From Rickettsia typhi (lineage in GTDB: Bacteria > Pseudomonadota > Alphaproteobacteria > Rickettsiales > UBA1997), in the NCBI GenBank assembly GCA_945901265.1, contig CAMDJZ010000005.1, forward strand, positions 856 through 64,855: 64,000 nucleotides of DNA, in the 5' to 3' direction. The stretch's first letter is position 1, and every line of letters starts with the position of its first letter. Below, in pieces: positions 21,257 to 31,053 of this stretch. The position numbers were made by a program, and so were the translations under genes. The notes under the pieces are model-generated. The model worked only from the letters and a program-made list of their open reading frames with translations, searched no databases and was not told the DNA's origin.

Positions 21257-22270
21257 ATGACTAGAAAAATCGCCGTAGTAGGAGCAACAGGAAATGTTGG
21301 TCAAGAAATGTTAAATATTTTAGCGGAAAGAAAATTTCCTGCTGATGAAGTCGTTGCCCTTGCATCGCGTAATTCAGCTGGTAAAAAAATTTCATTTGGC
21401 AATAAAACTTTAATCGTTCAAGCGCTTGAAGATTTTGATTTTTCGGGAACAAAAATTGCTCTATTTTCTCCAGGTGGCGATATATCAGCAATTCATGCTC
21501 CACGAGCTGCAAAAGCTGGATGCGTTGTCATTGACAATACTTCGCATTTTCGTATGGATAAGGATATTCCTCTTATCGTTCCCGAAGTTAATCCTCAGGC
21601 AATTGCTGAATATAAAAAACGCTTTATAATATCAAATCCTAACTGCTCTACAATTCAGATGGTTGTAGCTTTAAAGCCATTGCACGATCTCGCTAAAATT
21701 ACAAGAATTGTCGTATCAACCTATCAAGCAGTTTCGGGTGGAGGTAAGGAGGCAATGGATGAACTTTATAATTCTACTAAAAAAATTTATGAAAATCAAA
21801 ATCTCGCACCAAAAAAATTTAGTCGAAGAATCGCCTTTAACGTTATTCCTCAAATTGATATTTTTATGGAGGATGGAGTAACCAAAGAAGAGTGGAAAAT
21901 GAAGGTTGAAACAAAAAAAATACTTGATCCAAACATTGAAGTTGAAGCAACATGCGTTCGCGTTCCAGTTTTTAATGCACATAGTGAAGCAATAAATGTT
22001 CAATTTGAAAATCCCATTTCAGTTGAAGATGCAAAAAGAGTATTATCTAAATCCGATGGTATTTTACTAATTGATAATCCTTCAGAAATGCAATTTGTAA
22101 CGCCAATTGAGGCATCTGGAAAGGATGTGGTTTTTGTATCACGTGTTCGAAAAGATACATCAATTAAAAATGGTTTGTCTCTCTGGGTTGTTGCCGATAA
22201 TCTAAAAAAAGGCGCAGCATTAAATGCTGTGCAAATTGCTGAAATTTTAGTCAAAGATTACGGGCTGTAA
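21257..22270 (+). CDS. asd: Aspartate-semialdehyde dehydrogenase
   Basis: VVGATGNVGQ, NPNCSTIQMV, YQAVSGGG and CVRVPV motifs. Confidence 0.94.
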   Translation: MTRKIAVVGATGNVGQEMLNILAERKFPADEVVALASRNSAGKKISFGNKTLIVQALEDFDFSGTKIALFSPGGDISAIHAPRAAKAGCVVIDNTSHFRMDKDIPLIVPEVNPQAIAEYKKRFIISNPNCSTIQMVVALKPLHDLAKITRIVVSTYQAVSGGGKEAMDELYNSTKKIYENQNLAPKKFSRRIAFNVIPQIDIFMEDGVTKEEWKMKVETKKILDPNIEVEATCVRVPVFNAHSEAINVQFENPISVEDAKRVLSKSDGILLIDNPSEMQFVTPIEASGKDVVFVSRVRKDTSIKNGLSLWVVADNLKKGAALNAVQIAEILVKDYGL

Positions 22271-22271
22271 T

Positions 22272-22736
22272 ATGCAAAACAACTACTTCATGCAATTAGC
22301 TCTTAAGCAAGCACAAATTGCTTTCGAGAATAATGAAGTTCCAGTTGGAGCAGTAATTACTGAAAATAACCAAGTAATTTCTCAAGCGCATAATTTAAGC
22401 TTAGCGCAAAATAATCCCCTTGCGCATTGCGAATTAATCGCAATTCAACAATCCTGCACCTTAAAAAATTCTCGCCATCTCTCGGGATGCGATATTTACA
22501 TTACGCTTGAGCCTTGCGTAATGTGCTTTAGCGCAATTGCTTTAGCAAAAATTCGCAGAATTTATTTTGGTGCAAGTGACGAAAAATTTGGAGCAATTAG
22601 CAATAATGTTAATCTCTTTAAGCATCCATTAGCATATCATAAAGCTGAAATTTATGGTGGAATTGGAGCCGAAGAATCAAAAGAATTATTGCAAAAGTTT
22701 TTTCAAATTAAACGTAATAAAAATGACAAAATTTAG
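22272..22736 (+). CDS. tadA: tRNA adenosine(34) deaminase
   Basis: CMP/dCMP deaminase zinc motifs HCELIAI and PCVMC. 154 aa. Confidence 0.9.
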   Translation: MQNNYFMQLALKQAQIAFENNEVPVGAVITENNQVISQAHNLSLAQNNPLAHCELIAIQQSCTLKNSRHLSGCDIYITLEPCVMCFSAIALAKIRRIYFGASDEKFGAISNNVNLFKHPLAYHKAEIYGGIGAEESKELLQKFFQIKRNKNDKI

Positions 22737-23433
22737 TAAAAAAATATATGATACTTCAACTATTAAAATCGAAAATTTAGAAATTTTAATTTTGCGCAAA
22801 GCGGTTCGTAAAATCTACTTGCGCATCGCTACGAATGATGGCAAAATTCACCTAATCGCTCCACGCAAAACATCAAGTCATTATTTAAAAAGTTTACTCA
22901 TTGATAAATTACCTTGGATTAAAAAACACTATCAGAAATTTTCAAAAAATAATGTCAATAATATCAATTTTCAAAATGGCGAAACCATTGATTTTTTTGG
23001 AAATAAATATATTTTAGAAATAATTCTTAATCAAGAAAAACAAATAATTCACACTAACTATAAAGATAAAATAACTATTTCTATTGCTAAGGAACTAAAT
23101 CAAGAAGATATTAAAAAATTACTTCATCAATTTTATCGTCAAGAGCTTATTAAAGTAATTGTACCAATGGTCTATAAATGGCAAAAAATAATGAATCTAA
23201 AAAGTAATTTTATTGGCATAAAAAAAATGAAAACCAAATGGGGAAGTTGTAATTTTATGAAAGCTCGTTTATGGTTTAGTTCTGAATTGGCTAAAAAACC
23301 TATGGAAGCAATTGAGTATGTGGTTGTTCACGAATTGGGCCATTTAATTGAACCGAGTCACAATAAAAAATTTGTTGCGGTTATGAATAGGTTTCTTCCA
23401 GATTGGCAGGATTGCAAAAGGAAATTAAGTTAA
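22723..23433 (+). CDS. M48-family metallopeptidase (YgjP/DUF45-like)
   Basis: KTKWGSCN motif and an HExxH site (VVHELGHL). The start is taken at ATG 22723 (MTKFSKK). The track ORF opens earlier, inside tadA. Confidence 0.72.
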   Translation: MTKFSKKIYDTSTIKIENLEILILRKAVRKIYLRIATNDGKIHLIAPRKTSSHYLKSLLIDKLPWIKKHYQKFSKNNVNNINFQNGETIDFFGNKYILEIILNQEKQIIHTNYKDKITISIAKELNQEDIKKLLHQFYRQELIKVIVPMVYKWQKIMNLKSNFIGIKKMKTKWGSCNFMKARLWFSSELAKKPMEAIEYVVVHELGHLIEPSHNKKFVAVMNRFLPDWQDCKRKLS

Positions 23434-23502
23434 TAAAATTTAAATTTAAGGATCTTTTATTTAAAATTTTAATTTATAAAAATCCTGCATTACCGTTTAA
23501 TT

Positions 23503-24669
23503 TTAAACATAATCACGATCATATTCAGGAGATTTTTCTGATAATGGTGCTGATGGAATATCCGCGTATACTTCGCCGTTCATTTTTATAACTACTCGCG
23601 CAGTATTTGTAACAATCCCAATTACTGCAAAATCTAAATTCCATTTATCAAAGATTTTTTTTGCAAATTCTTCTTTCTCTGGTTTGATAATCATCAACAT
23701 TCTTTCCTGACTTTCTGAAAGCATAATTTCGTAGGGAGTCATTCCTGATTCACGTTGTGGAACTTTTTCTAAATTAAGCTCAATACCAGTTCCTCCTTTA
23801 CCAGACATCTCGAAAGATGAAGAAGTTAATCCAGCTGCACCCATATCTTGTATTGACAAAATACAATCTGTTTGCATTAATTCCATACATGCTTCGAGTA
23901 ATAATTTTTCAGCAAAAGGATCGCCAACTTGAACAGTTGGACGCTTATCTTCATCTCCTTCCTTAAATTCATCTGATGCCATTACTGCACCATTAATACC
24001 ATCCCTTCCCGTCTTTGATCCAACATATACGACTGACGCGCCGACTTGGGAAGCTGATGAATAAAAAATTTTATCATGAGTTGTAAGACCTACGGTCATG
24101 GCATTAACGATAATATTACCATTATATCTTTTATCAAAGGTAACTTCTCCACCAACCGTTGGAACGCCAACGCAATTACCATATCCTCCAATCCCAGAAA
24201 CAACTCCATTAACTAAATTTTTAGTTTTGGGATGATCAATTTCTCCAAATCGAAGAGCGTTAAGATTGGCAATTGGTCGCGCTCCCATAGTAAAGACATC
24301 ACGCAAAATTCCCCCGACCCCAGTTGCAGCACCTTGATATGGCTCAATAAATGATGGATGATTATGACTTTCCATTTTAAAAATTACCGCTTGATTATCG
24401 CCAATATCAATTACACCAGCATTCTCACCAGGTCCACAAATCACCCAAGGTGCAGTTGTGTGAAGAGTTTTAAGATATTTCTTTGTAGATTTATATGAAC
24501 AATGTTCTGACCACATTGCTGAAAAAATTCCCAACTCAGTAATTGAAGGTTTGCGCTCAAGAATCTCAAGAATTAATTGATATTCTTCATCACTAAGATT
24601 GTGATCCTTAATAATCTTTGGGGTTATTTCAACATGCTTCATAAATTTAAATTTTTTGGTTAATATCAT
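23503..24669 (-). pseudogene. purL: Phosphoribosylformylglycinamidine synthase subunit PurL, N-terminal half only (truncated)
   Basis: [45 protein letters not shown] and [10 protein letters not shown] motifs. The ORF stops after 388 aa, whereas small-type PurL is about 730-740 aa. It ends in TAA, with a second TAA in frame two codons downstream (TAA-AAT-TAA). Only 69 bp separate it from the convergent neighbour. The likely start is ATG 24642. Confidence 0.6.
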
Positions 24670-25393
24670 CGCTTAATATATAATTGCCAGTGACCATTTG
24701 AACATCATCACAATCTTCAAGTAAATCAATCATTTTAAGTAATTTTTGGGCTTGCGAGAGATCATTTATTTCAATGACATTTATTGCCTTCCAATCAAGT
24801 TTAGCAGAAATTGGATCCTTATATTTTTTAATCAACTCATCACGAACTGAAATGAAATTTTCAGGATCGGTAATTATGACATGAATTTCACTTGTTGATT
24901 CAACCTCACTAGCTCCATATTCCAAAGCTGATTCAAAAATTTCGTCTTCGCTTCCAACATTAGCAGAAAATTGAATAACTCCAACGCGATCAAACATGAA
25001 ACCAACCGATCCAGTTTCACCAAGGGCTCCACCCATTTTGGTAAAAATACTACGCACCTCACTTGCAGTTCGATTACGGTTATCGGTAAGCGCTTCAACG
25101 ATTATAGCGATCCCATCTGGGGCATAACCTTCATAACGAATTTCTTCATAGTTTTGCGTATCAGCCCCTGAAGTAACCTTTTTAATCGCTGCCTCAATAC
25201 GATCTTTAGACATATTGTTAACTCGCGCCTCAATTAATGCATTGCGAAGACGCGGATTATATTCCGGGTCGCTTTGACCAGTTTTAGCTGCAACGGTAAT
25301 TTCACGAATTATTTTTGTAAAAAGCTTGGCTTTTTTGGCATCTTGCGCGCCCTTTCGATGCTTGATATTTGCAAATTGCGAATGTCCTGCCAT
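24647..25393 (-). CDS. yebC: YebC/PmpR family DNA-binding transcriptional regulator
   Basis: The [26 protein letters not shown]-terminus is diagnostic. Confidence 0.92.
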   Translation of the reverse strand: MAGHSQFANIKHRKGAQDAKKAKLFTKIIREITVAAKTGQSDPEYNPRLRNALIEARVNNMSKDRIEAAIKKVTSGADTQNYEEIRYEGYAPDGIAIIVEALTDNRNRTASEVRSIFTKMGGALGETGSVGFMFDRVGVIQFSANVGSEDEIFESALEYGASEVESTSEIHVIITDPENFISVRDELIKKYKDPISAKLDWKAINVIEINDLSQAQKLLKMIDLLEDCDDVQMVTGNYILSDDINQKI

Positions 25394-25483
25394 AAAATAT
25401 TTAAAATTATTCTAAGAAAAATTATTTATAAATTAGAAATTTAACAGATTAAATTTTTTTAATCCATGGCAATTTACAAAAAT

Positions 25484-25921
25484 TTATTTCCAACCAATTA
25501 CCACTAAACCTTTTCGCCCCAAGCAACTTACAATATAGTTTTTAACATTGGCATGAGGATTATTTTTTGTCTGATGATATGATTTTATAGCGGTTGATGT
25601 AGTTGATCCAGAATTTCTAATAGTACTATTAATTAAATTTGTTTTATTTTTATTACCAAGGATTGATTGCGAAATAATATTTGAAAAGTCTTTAGTTAAC
25701 GTATCCGCGGAGTTATAGTAACCTTCAGAAATTATTTGCTGGTTAGAAAGTTCATTTGACTCTTCAACGCATAAATCAATTTCATATTTAGCGCGCGATT
25801 CCTGCATTTCTTGGTATTTTTGATTATCGAGTAAAATTGGTTTATAACTAGAGCAAGAATTGCTATTAAGCAATAATAAGGCAATAATAAATAAAAAGTT
25901 GAATGGGTTTTTTCTTTCCAT
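25484..25921 (-). CDS. Hypothetical protein, probable lipoprotein
   Basis: Hydrophobic leader FLFIIALLLLNSNSC with a Cys at the expected lipobox position. No domain recognised. Confidence 0.45.
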   Translation of the reverse strand: MERKNPFNFLFIIALLLLNSNSCSSYKPILLDNQKYQEMQESRAKYEIDLCVEESNELSNQQIISEGYYNSADTLTKDFSNIISQSILGNKNKTNLINSTIRNSGSTTSTAIKSYHQTKNNPHANVKNYIVSCLGRKGLVVIGWK

Positions 25922-26004
25922 TGGCGAGTATATTACAAGAGAAATAATAATATATTTAGGATTTAGTATATTTTAACAATTTTGCGATAAATTATTAAAT
26001 AATA

Positions 26005-26973
26005 TTAATCATTGATTAGTTTTACTTCTTTAAAATATTTTACAGTTCCAGCATGAATAGGAGCTGAATTGCCTTCCTTTATCATATCCTCTTTTTTTAA
26101 ATTAGAAAAAACTGGATGAAGCGTTTTGAAATTATCAAAATTTTCAAAAACGGCTTTTGTTAAATTGTAAACCACTTCAGAGTTATTTTTTTCAGATGTT
26201 ACGATCGTAGCTTTTACACCAAAAGTATCGATGTTATTTGGATTTCCAGCATACATACCACCTGGAACAATTGCTTTTACGTAAAATGAATTTACTTGAA
26301 CTAACTTATCTATTGTTTCGCGATCAATTGGAATAATTCTAACTTTACAAGTTTGCGTAGCTTCTTGAAGAACTCCATTAGGATTTCCAGAAGCATAAAT
26401 CATAACATCTATCTTATCATCACACAACGCTTTTGGCTGCTCAGATGGTTGAAGATAGGTAATATTTGCAAAACTTTGTTTATTCCAACCTTTAACAGTC
26501 ATTAACACTTCCATAGTGGCATACATCCCAGAACCTTGTGGACCGAAATTGATTCTCTTATTTAAAATATCATCAAGCTTTTTAATTCCAGATTTTTCTG
26601 AAACCGCTAGAGTAAAAGTTTCGGTATAAAGTGAAAATACAGATCTTAATTCTTTAAATGGTTTTTGATCGGCAAAAAAACCCGTACCGTTATAGGCATT
26701 ATATTGCCAATCGGATTGGACAATACCAAAATCAATTACGCCATTACGAATTGCATTTAGATTTGAAACTGATCCACCTGTTGACTCAACTGAACATCTT
26801 ATTCCGTGAGCTTTACGACCTCTATTTAAAAGTCTACAAATTGCTCCACCTGCAGGGTAATATACCCCTGTAATAGCTCCAGTTCCAATCGAAACGTATC
26901 GCGTTGAAGCTACAGACTCCACAGCAAGAGAAAGCATTATTACAAATAAAAAACTGTTAAATATTTTTTTCAT
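26005..26973 (-). CDS. TAXI-family TRAP transporter solute-binding protein
   Basis: Signal peptide, then IGTGAITGVYYPAGGAICRLLN, typical of TAXI receptors. Confidence 0.8.
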   Translation of the reverse strand: MKKIFNSFLFVIMLSLAVESVASTRYVSIGTGAITGVYYPAGGAICRLLNRGRKAHGIRCSVESTGGSVSNLNAIRNGVIDFGIVQSDWQYNAYNGTGFFADQKPFKELRSVFSLYTETFTLAVSEKSGIKKLDDILNKRINFGPQGSGMYATMEVLMTVKGWNKQSFANITYLQPSEQPKALCDDKIDVMIYASGNPNGVLQEATQTCKVRIIPIDRETIDKLVQVNSFYVKAIVPGGMYAGNPNNIDTFGVKATIVTSEKNNSEVVYNLTKAVFENFDNFKTLHPVFSNLKKEDMIKEGNSAPIHAGTVKYFKEVKLIND

Positions 26974-27490
26974 TTTATAAAAATTTAAATTAAAATTAAG
27001 ATTAGTTCAATTCCATATTACCATCAAATTATTATTTTTTTAAAAGTCAAAATCTAAATTTAATTTTCTTAAAAAAAAGTTGTAAGTCTAAAAAAAAGTT
27101 AAAAGAGCCTATAAATAGATAAAAAAACTTATTTTATTATTTTAGTAATGATAATAATAATTTTATGCCTATGAGCTATATCTATCAATGGTAATCACTA
27201 AGTTTAAAAATCTAAAAACCTATTAATCATAACAATTATTAAAACATTATAAAAAAAATTAGTTGCAATTTTTTTTTAAATTAGCTGAAGTGTATTTAAT
27301 TATTTGAATTGTTATCAACGCCACCCCTTATTATTAACTTAGTTTTAAATACATCCTTTTAGTGTTTTAAATTCTATTTTTAATTTGAAGGTCTCAACAA
27401 TTCTTGCTTTTGCAACTAATCATCCAGAGTTTTATTTAAAATGTGTCGATATAATTGCAAAAGTTTTATTAACTAAAATCAATATAGATT

Positions 27491-28717
27491 ATGAAATTAT
27501 GGCAACAAGTATTAATTGGGTTGGTATTAGGAATTATTTCTGGATTTGTGCTTAAGGAAAAAGCAGCTGATTTAAAAATTTTTGGTACTGTATTTATTAG
27601 CCTAATTAAGATGGTTATTGTGCCGCTAATTTTTTTCGCATTACTATCAGGAATTACTTCAATGCATGGACAAGGAAACTTTACACGCATTGGAATCAAA
27701 GGATTTAGCGCTTATATCCTAACTGCAATTTTTGCTGTTCTTATTGGCTTAGCTGCTGGTCATTTTTTTCAACCAGGTGCTGGGGTTGATTTAAGTTCAA
27801 TTCTTCAAACAAACGGCCAACCAGCTGCTTTAGCAAACAAAACTCCACCTTCAATTACTGAATTTTTAATTGGACTTATTCCTACTAACCCAATTCACGC
27901 AATGGCAACTGATAATTTTTTACAAATTATTATTTTCTCAATTTTCACAGGAATTGTTATCAATACTGTTGGTGAAAAAGCTCGTCCATTAAAAGAATTT
28001 ATTTACTCTGCTTCGCAAGTTAGTTTTAAAATGATCGAAATCATTATTAAACTTGCACCACTTGGAGTTTTTGGTTTCATAGCTTGGGTTATCGGTACGC
28101 AAGGAACGGACATTTTAGAAGCACTTGCTAAATTAATTATCGCAGTTTTATCAGCATGCGCTTTTCAATATTTAATTTTTGGATTAATGATTTTATTTTT
28201 TGCGAGAATTTCCCCAATTCCATTTTATAAAAAAATCTTACTTACCCAATCGCTTGCCTTTGCAACTAGTAGCAGTAAAGCTACCTTATCAACGGCGATG
28301 AGCCAATTACAAGATCGCATGGGAGTATCCAAAACTAATTCCAATTTTTTATTACCTCTTGGAGTTTGCATTAACATGGATGGTACTGCTATCTACCTAG
28401 GTATTTGTGCATTATTTTTTGCTCAAGCTTATGGAATAGATCTAACTTATCAAAATTATTTAATGCTAGTTTTAACCTGCACTCTTGGTTCAATTGGTGC
28501 CGCTGGAATTCCTAGTGGATCAATTATTTTTATGAGTATGGTTTTAACTTCGGTAAATCTTCCAATCGAAGGAATTGGAATAATTCTTGGAGTTGATAGA
28601 ATTCTTGATATGGTTAGAACTGCAATTAACATAACTGGTGATAGTGCTATCACTCTAATAGTTGATAAAACCGAAGGTGGATTAGATGAAAAAATATATT
28701 ATTCAAAAGAAGTTTAA
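27491..28717 (+). CDS. Dicarboxylate/amino acid:cation symporter (DAACS family, GltP/DctA-like)
   Basis: The MKLWQQVLIGLVLG N-terminus, SSSKATL, NMDGTA, GAAGIPSGS and TGDSA motifs. Confidence 0.88.
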   Translation: MKLWQQVLIGLVLGIISGFVLKEKAADLKIFGTVFISLIKMVIVPLIFFALLSGITSMHGQGNFTRIGIKGFSAYILTAIFAVLIGLAAGHFFQPGAGVDLSSILQTNGQPAALANKTPPSITEFLIGLIPTNPIHAMATDNFLQIIIFSIFTGIVINTVGEKARPLKEFIYSASQVSFKMIEIIIKLAPLGVFGFIAWVIGTQGTDILEALAKLIIAVLSACAFQYLIFGLMILFFARISPIPFYKKILLTQSLAFATSSSKATLSTAMSQLQDRMGVSKTNSNFLLPLGVCINMDGTAIYLGICALFFAQAYGIDLTYQNYLMLVLTCTLGSIGAAGIPSGSIIFMSMVLTSVNLPIEGIGIILGVDRILDMVRTAINITGDSAITLIVDKTEGGLDEKIYYSKEV

Positions 28718-29381
28718 TAACATTACCGTAAATAAATATTGGCTTAGGTCAATATTTATTAGCGTTGCTCTATGTTCATTTGTCCTTATTGGAGAAAGCT
28801 CCTCTATTGCCAAGGAAAATATTCCTTTATCACAAAAAATTTCTGAGCATCAAGAAGATATAAAAAATATTGAAGATTTTTTAAATAATATTTCAAATCT
28901 TACTGCTAATTTTACACAAAATACATCTGAAAATTATGTTAGTGGCAAATTTTATTTATCTCGTAACAAAGATCAGTCAGGTAAGATGCGGGTTGAATAT
29001 TTAGCTAATCCAAAAATTGTTATCGTAGTTAATGGAGCAATTTTATCATATCACGACATTGAGTTGGATGAAATCTCAAGGATTAGTACCAACACTACTC
29101 CTGCTTCATTTTTAACACGTCCAAATATTTCCTTTTCAAGCAAGGATATTCAAATTACTAACTTTGAAAAAACAAATGAATTTACCAAAATATCTCTTCT
29201 TAAAAAAAATCGTAAAGAGGCAGGGGAATTTAGTTTAATTTTTAAAAATTCTCCTCTAGAATTTGTTAAAATGGAAGTTAAAAATGATCTTGGTCAAATT
29301 GTTTCGGTAACCCTTAAGAATATTGATTTTACAAGCGCTATTCCTAATAAATTATTTATTATTAAAGACGATAATTTTTAG
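28686..29381 (+). CDS. LolA-like outer-membrane lipoprotein carrier protein
   Basis: Signal-anchored N-terminus, the LTANFTQ motif and a size typical of the LolA family. It overlaps the end of the symporter gene by 32 nt. Confidence 0.6.
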   Translation: MKKYIIQKKFNNITVNKYWLRSIFISVALCSFVLIGESSSIAKENIPLSQKISEHQEDIKNIEDFLNNISNLTANFTQNTSENYVSGKFYLSRNKDQSGKMRVEYLANPKIVIVVNGAILSYHDIELDEISRISTNTTPASFLTRPNISFSSKDIQITNFEKTNEFTKISLLKKNRKEAGEFSLIFKNSPLEFVKMEVKNDLGQIVSVTLKNIDFTSAIPNKLFIIKDDNF

Positions 29382-29412
29382 TATTTATATTAATAATTTG
29401 AGCATCCCTTTT

Positions 29413-29835
29413 ATGGCTTTTAACATTAACAAACAAGATAAATTTAAAAAGAGATCTGCGATTAGTGAGATTAATATAACGCCTTTTGTAGATATATTAC
29501 TGGTGCTTTTAATAATATTTATGGTTGCAGCGCCGATGATGACAAGTAGCGTTAAAATTAATTTACCAAAAGGAGCTTCTAAATCCACCAGTGAAAATAT
29601 TATTCCAATTTCTATATCAATTAAATCTGATAGTTCGCTATATTTACAGGAAAATCCAATTAAAATTGGACAGCTAGCCTCCAATCTTTTAAAATTAACT
29701 TCCAGTAATTTTGAAACTAAAATTTTTGTAAGAGCCGATAAGTCTCTTGATTATGGAAAGGTTATGGACATAGTCAGTTTGATTGGAATTGCTGGATATA
29801 GCAAAATAGTTTTAGTAACTGACGTCGCCAAATGA
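29413..29835 (+). CDS. tolR: ExbD/TolR family biopolymer transport protein
   Basis: EINITPFVDILLVLLIIFMV and the KV motif in the ADKSLDYGKVMDIV region. The start is taken at ATG 29413. Confidence 0.82.
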   Translation: MAFNINKQDKFKKRSAISEINITPFVDILLVLLIIFMVAAPMMTSSVKINLPKGASKSTSENIIPISISIKSDSSLYLQENPIKIGQLASNLLKLTSSNFETKIFVRADKSLDYGKVMDIVSLIGIAGYSKIVLVTDVAK

Positions 29836-30584
29836 TTAAAAATTATTTTTACTCAATATTTCTTCATTCACTTATAATTTTATTGGCAATCTATAGCTTT
29901 ACCAATAAATCAATAAATAAAAATAGCGATCAAGAATTATTCATTGGTTTTGAACATTTAATTTCTGAATCGACGCTATCTGATCTAAAGACTGCTAAAG
30001 AGCAAGAAATAGTTCAGCAAAAAAAAATAGAAAAATTTATTGAGCAGAAAAAAACAATTTCTTCTACTGAAGTTAATACAAGTGAACATCAAAATATAAT
30101 TAACCCTAAGAAAATCACAAATCCAGATCCTCAACAAAATATTGATGAAAAGAATATCGTAAAAAAAGAAGAAAAAATTATTGAAGAAAAAAATAAAAAT
30201 CTTTCTGAAAACCAAGACGATAATAATCCCAAAGAGGTAAAAAATAATGGAAAAACAGTTGAAAATAGTGGCTTATCATCACGTGAAAAACTAAATATTT
30301 TATCGCAGTTAAAAATGTGTTACCATCACGCTATTCAACAGTCTAAGAATGTTAGTAATTTAAAATTTATTGTTGAGGTAGAAATTTCTAAAGATGGTTA
30401 CATTCAGTCCAAGTTTGAATCTTTGATTGATAAAAAACGTTATTTAAATCCTTTAAATAGTGAATATAAAGCTATGATTGATAATGTTAAAAAAGCTCTC
30501 GAACTATGCAGTCCTTTACGAAATTTACCGGTTGAAAAATATGAGATGTGGAAAAATTTAATTTTAAATTTTGAAAATGAATGA
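29832..30584 (+). CDS. tolA: TolA-like cell-envelope protein (N-terminal anchor, Lys/Glu-rich linker, TolA/TonB-type C-terminal domain)
   Basis: Its architecture, and its position with a 4-nt overlap on tolR. Confidence 0.6.
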   Translation: MIKNYFYSIFLHSLIILLAIYSFTNKSINKNSDQELFIGFEHLISESTLSDLKTAKEQEIVQQKKIEKFIEQKKTISSTEVNTSEHQNIINPKKITNPDPQQNIDEKNIVKKEEKIIEEKNKNLSENQDDNNPKEVKNNGKTVENSGLSSREKLNILSQLKMCYHHAIQQSKNVSNLKFIVEVEISKDGYIQSKFESLIDKKRYLNPLNSEYKAMIDNVKKALELCSPLRNLPVEKYEMWKNLILNFENE

Positions 30585-30608
30585 GTTCATTTTTTGTTTT
30601 TTTATCAA

Positions 30609-30656
30609 TTCAGCGAAAATCATTATGGTAAAATCAGCGAAAATCATTATGGTAAA
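30609..30656. repeat. Perfect 24-bp tandem duplication (TCAGCGAAAATCATTATGGTAAAA x2) in an intergenic region
   Basis: Read directly: 30609-30632 is identical to 30633-30656. Confidence 0.95.
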
Positions 30657-30749
30657 ATTTTTATAATCGTTTAATTTCAAACGATAAATCCTTATCTTTT
30701 TAAAAAAAATAATGTAAAATATAATCTTTAATTACTTTCTATCAATTTT

Positions 30750-30932
30750 ATGAGTGATTCTCTTAATAAAATTGCAGATTCAGAAACTATAAATTCTATC
30801 AAACCAATGATTCGTATTCTTTGCGAAATGCAAAAACATAATAGAAATTTAATAAATAAGATTAATTTTAGAGAGCCATCATCACCTCATAAAAAGAGAC
30901 TTGGAAATATACCACAAAACAAGCAAATATAG
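30750..30932 (+). CDS. Hypothetical small protein (60 aa), apparent paralog of 32017-32217
   Basis: ORF in an otherwise non-coding stretch. It shares the pattern K..I.IL..M..H...L.NKI with the 66-aa ORF downstream of the pilin-like gene. Confidence 0.4.
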   Translation: MSDSLNKIADSETINSIKPMIRILCEMQKHNRNLINKINFREPSSPHKKRLGNIPQNKQI

Positions 30933-31053
30933 TAATCACTTTAATCATAAATGGTAATTTAATTTATAAAATAATATATTTTTTCTAACATAAAAAGTTT
31001 AATTTTAAATTTTTAAAATGAATAATTTTACCTTTTTTATTTAATAATAATTA

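Noticed and set aside
23434-23510. Stop-codon reassignment or readthrough as an explanation for short purL (and likewise ileS at 50445-50450)
   Set aside because: Both ORFs end in TAA, backed up by a second in-frame TAA: two codons downstream for purL, immediately adjacent for ileS. The remaining spacer is far too short (69 and 96 bp) to encode the missing hundreds of residues. All other genes in the window read normally with the standard code.
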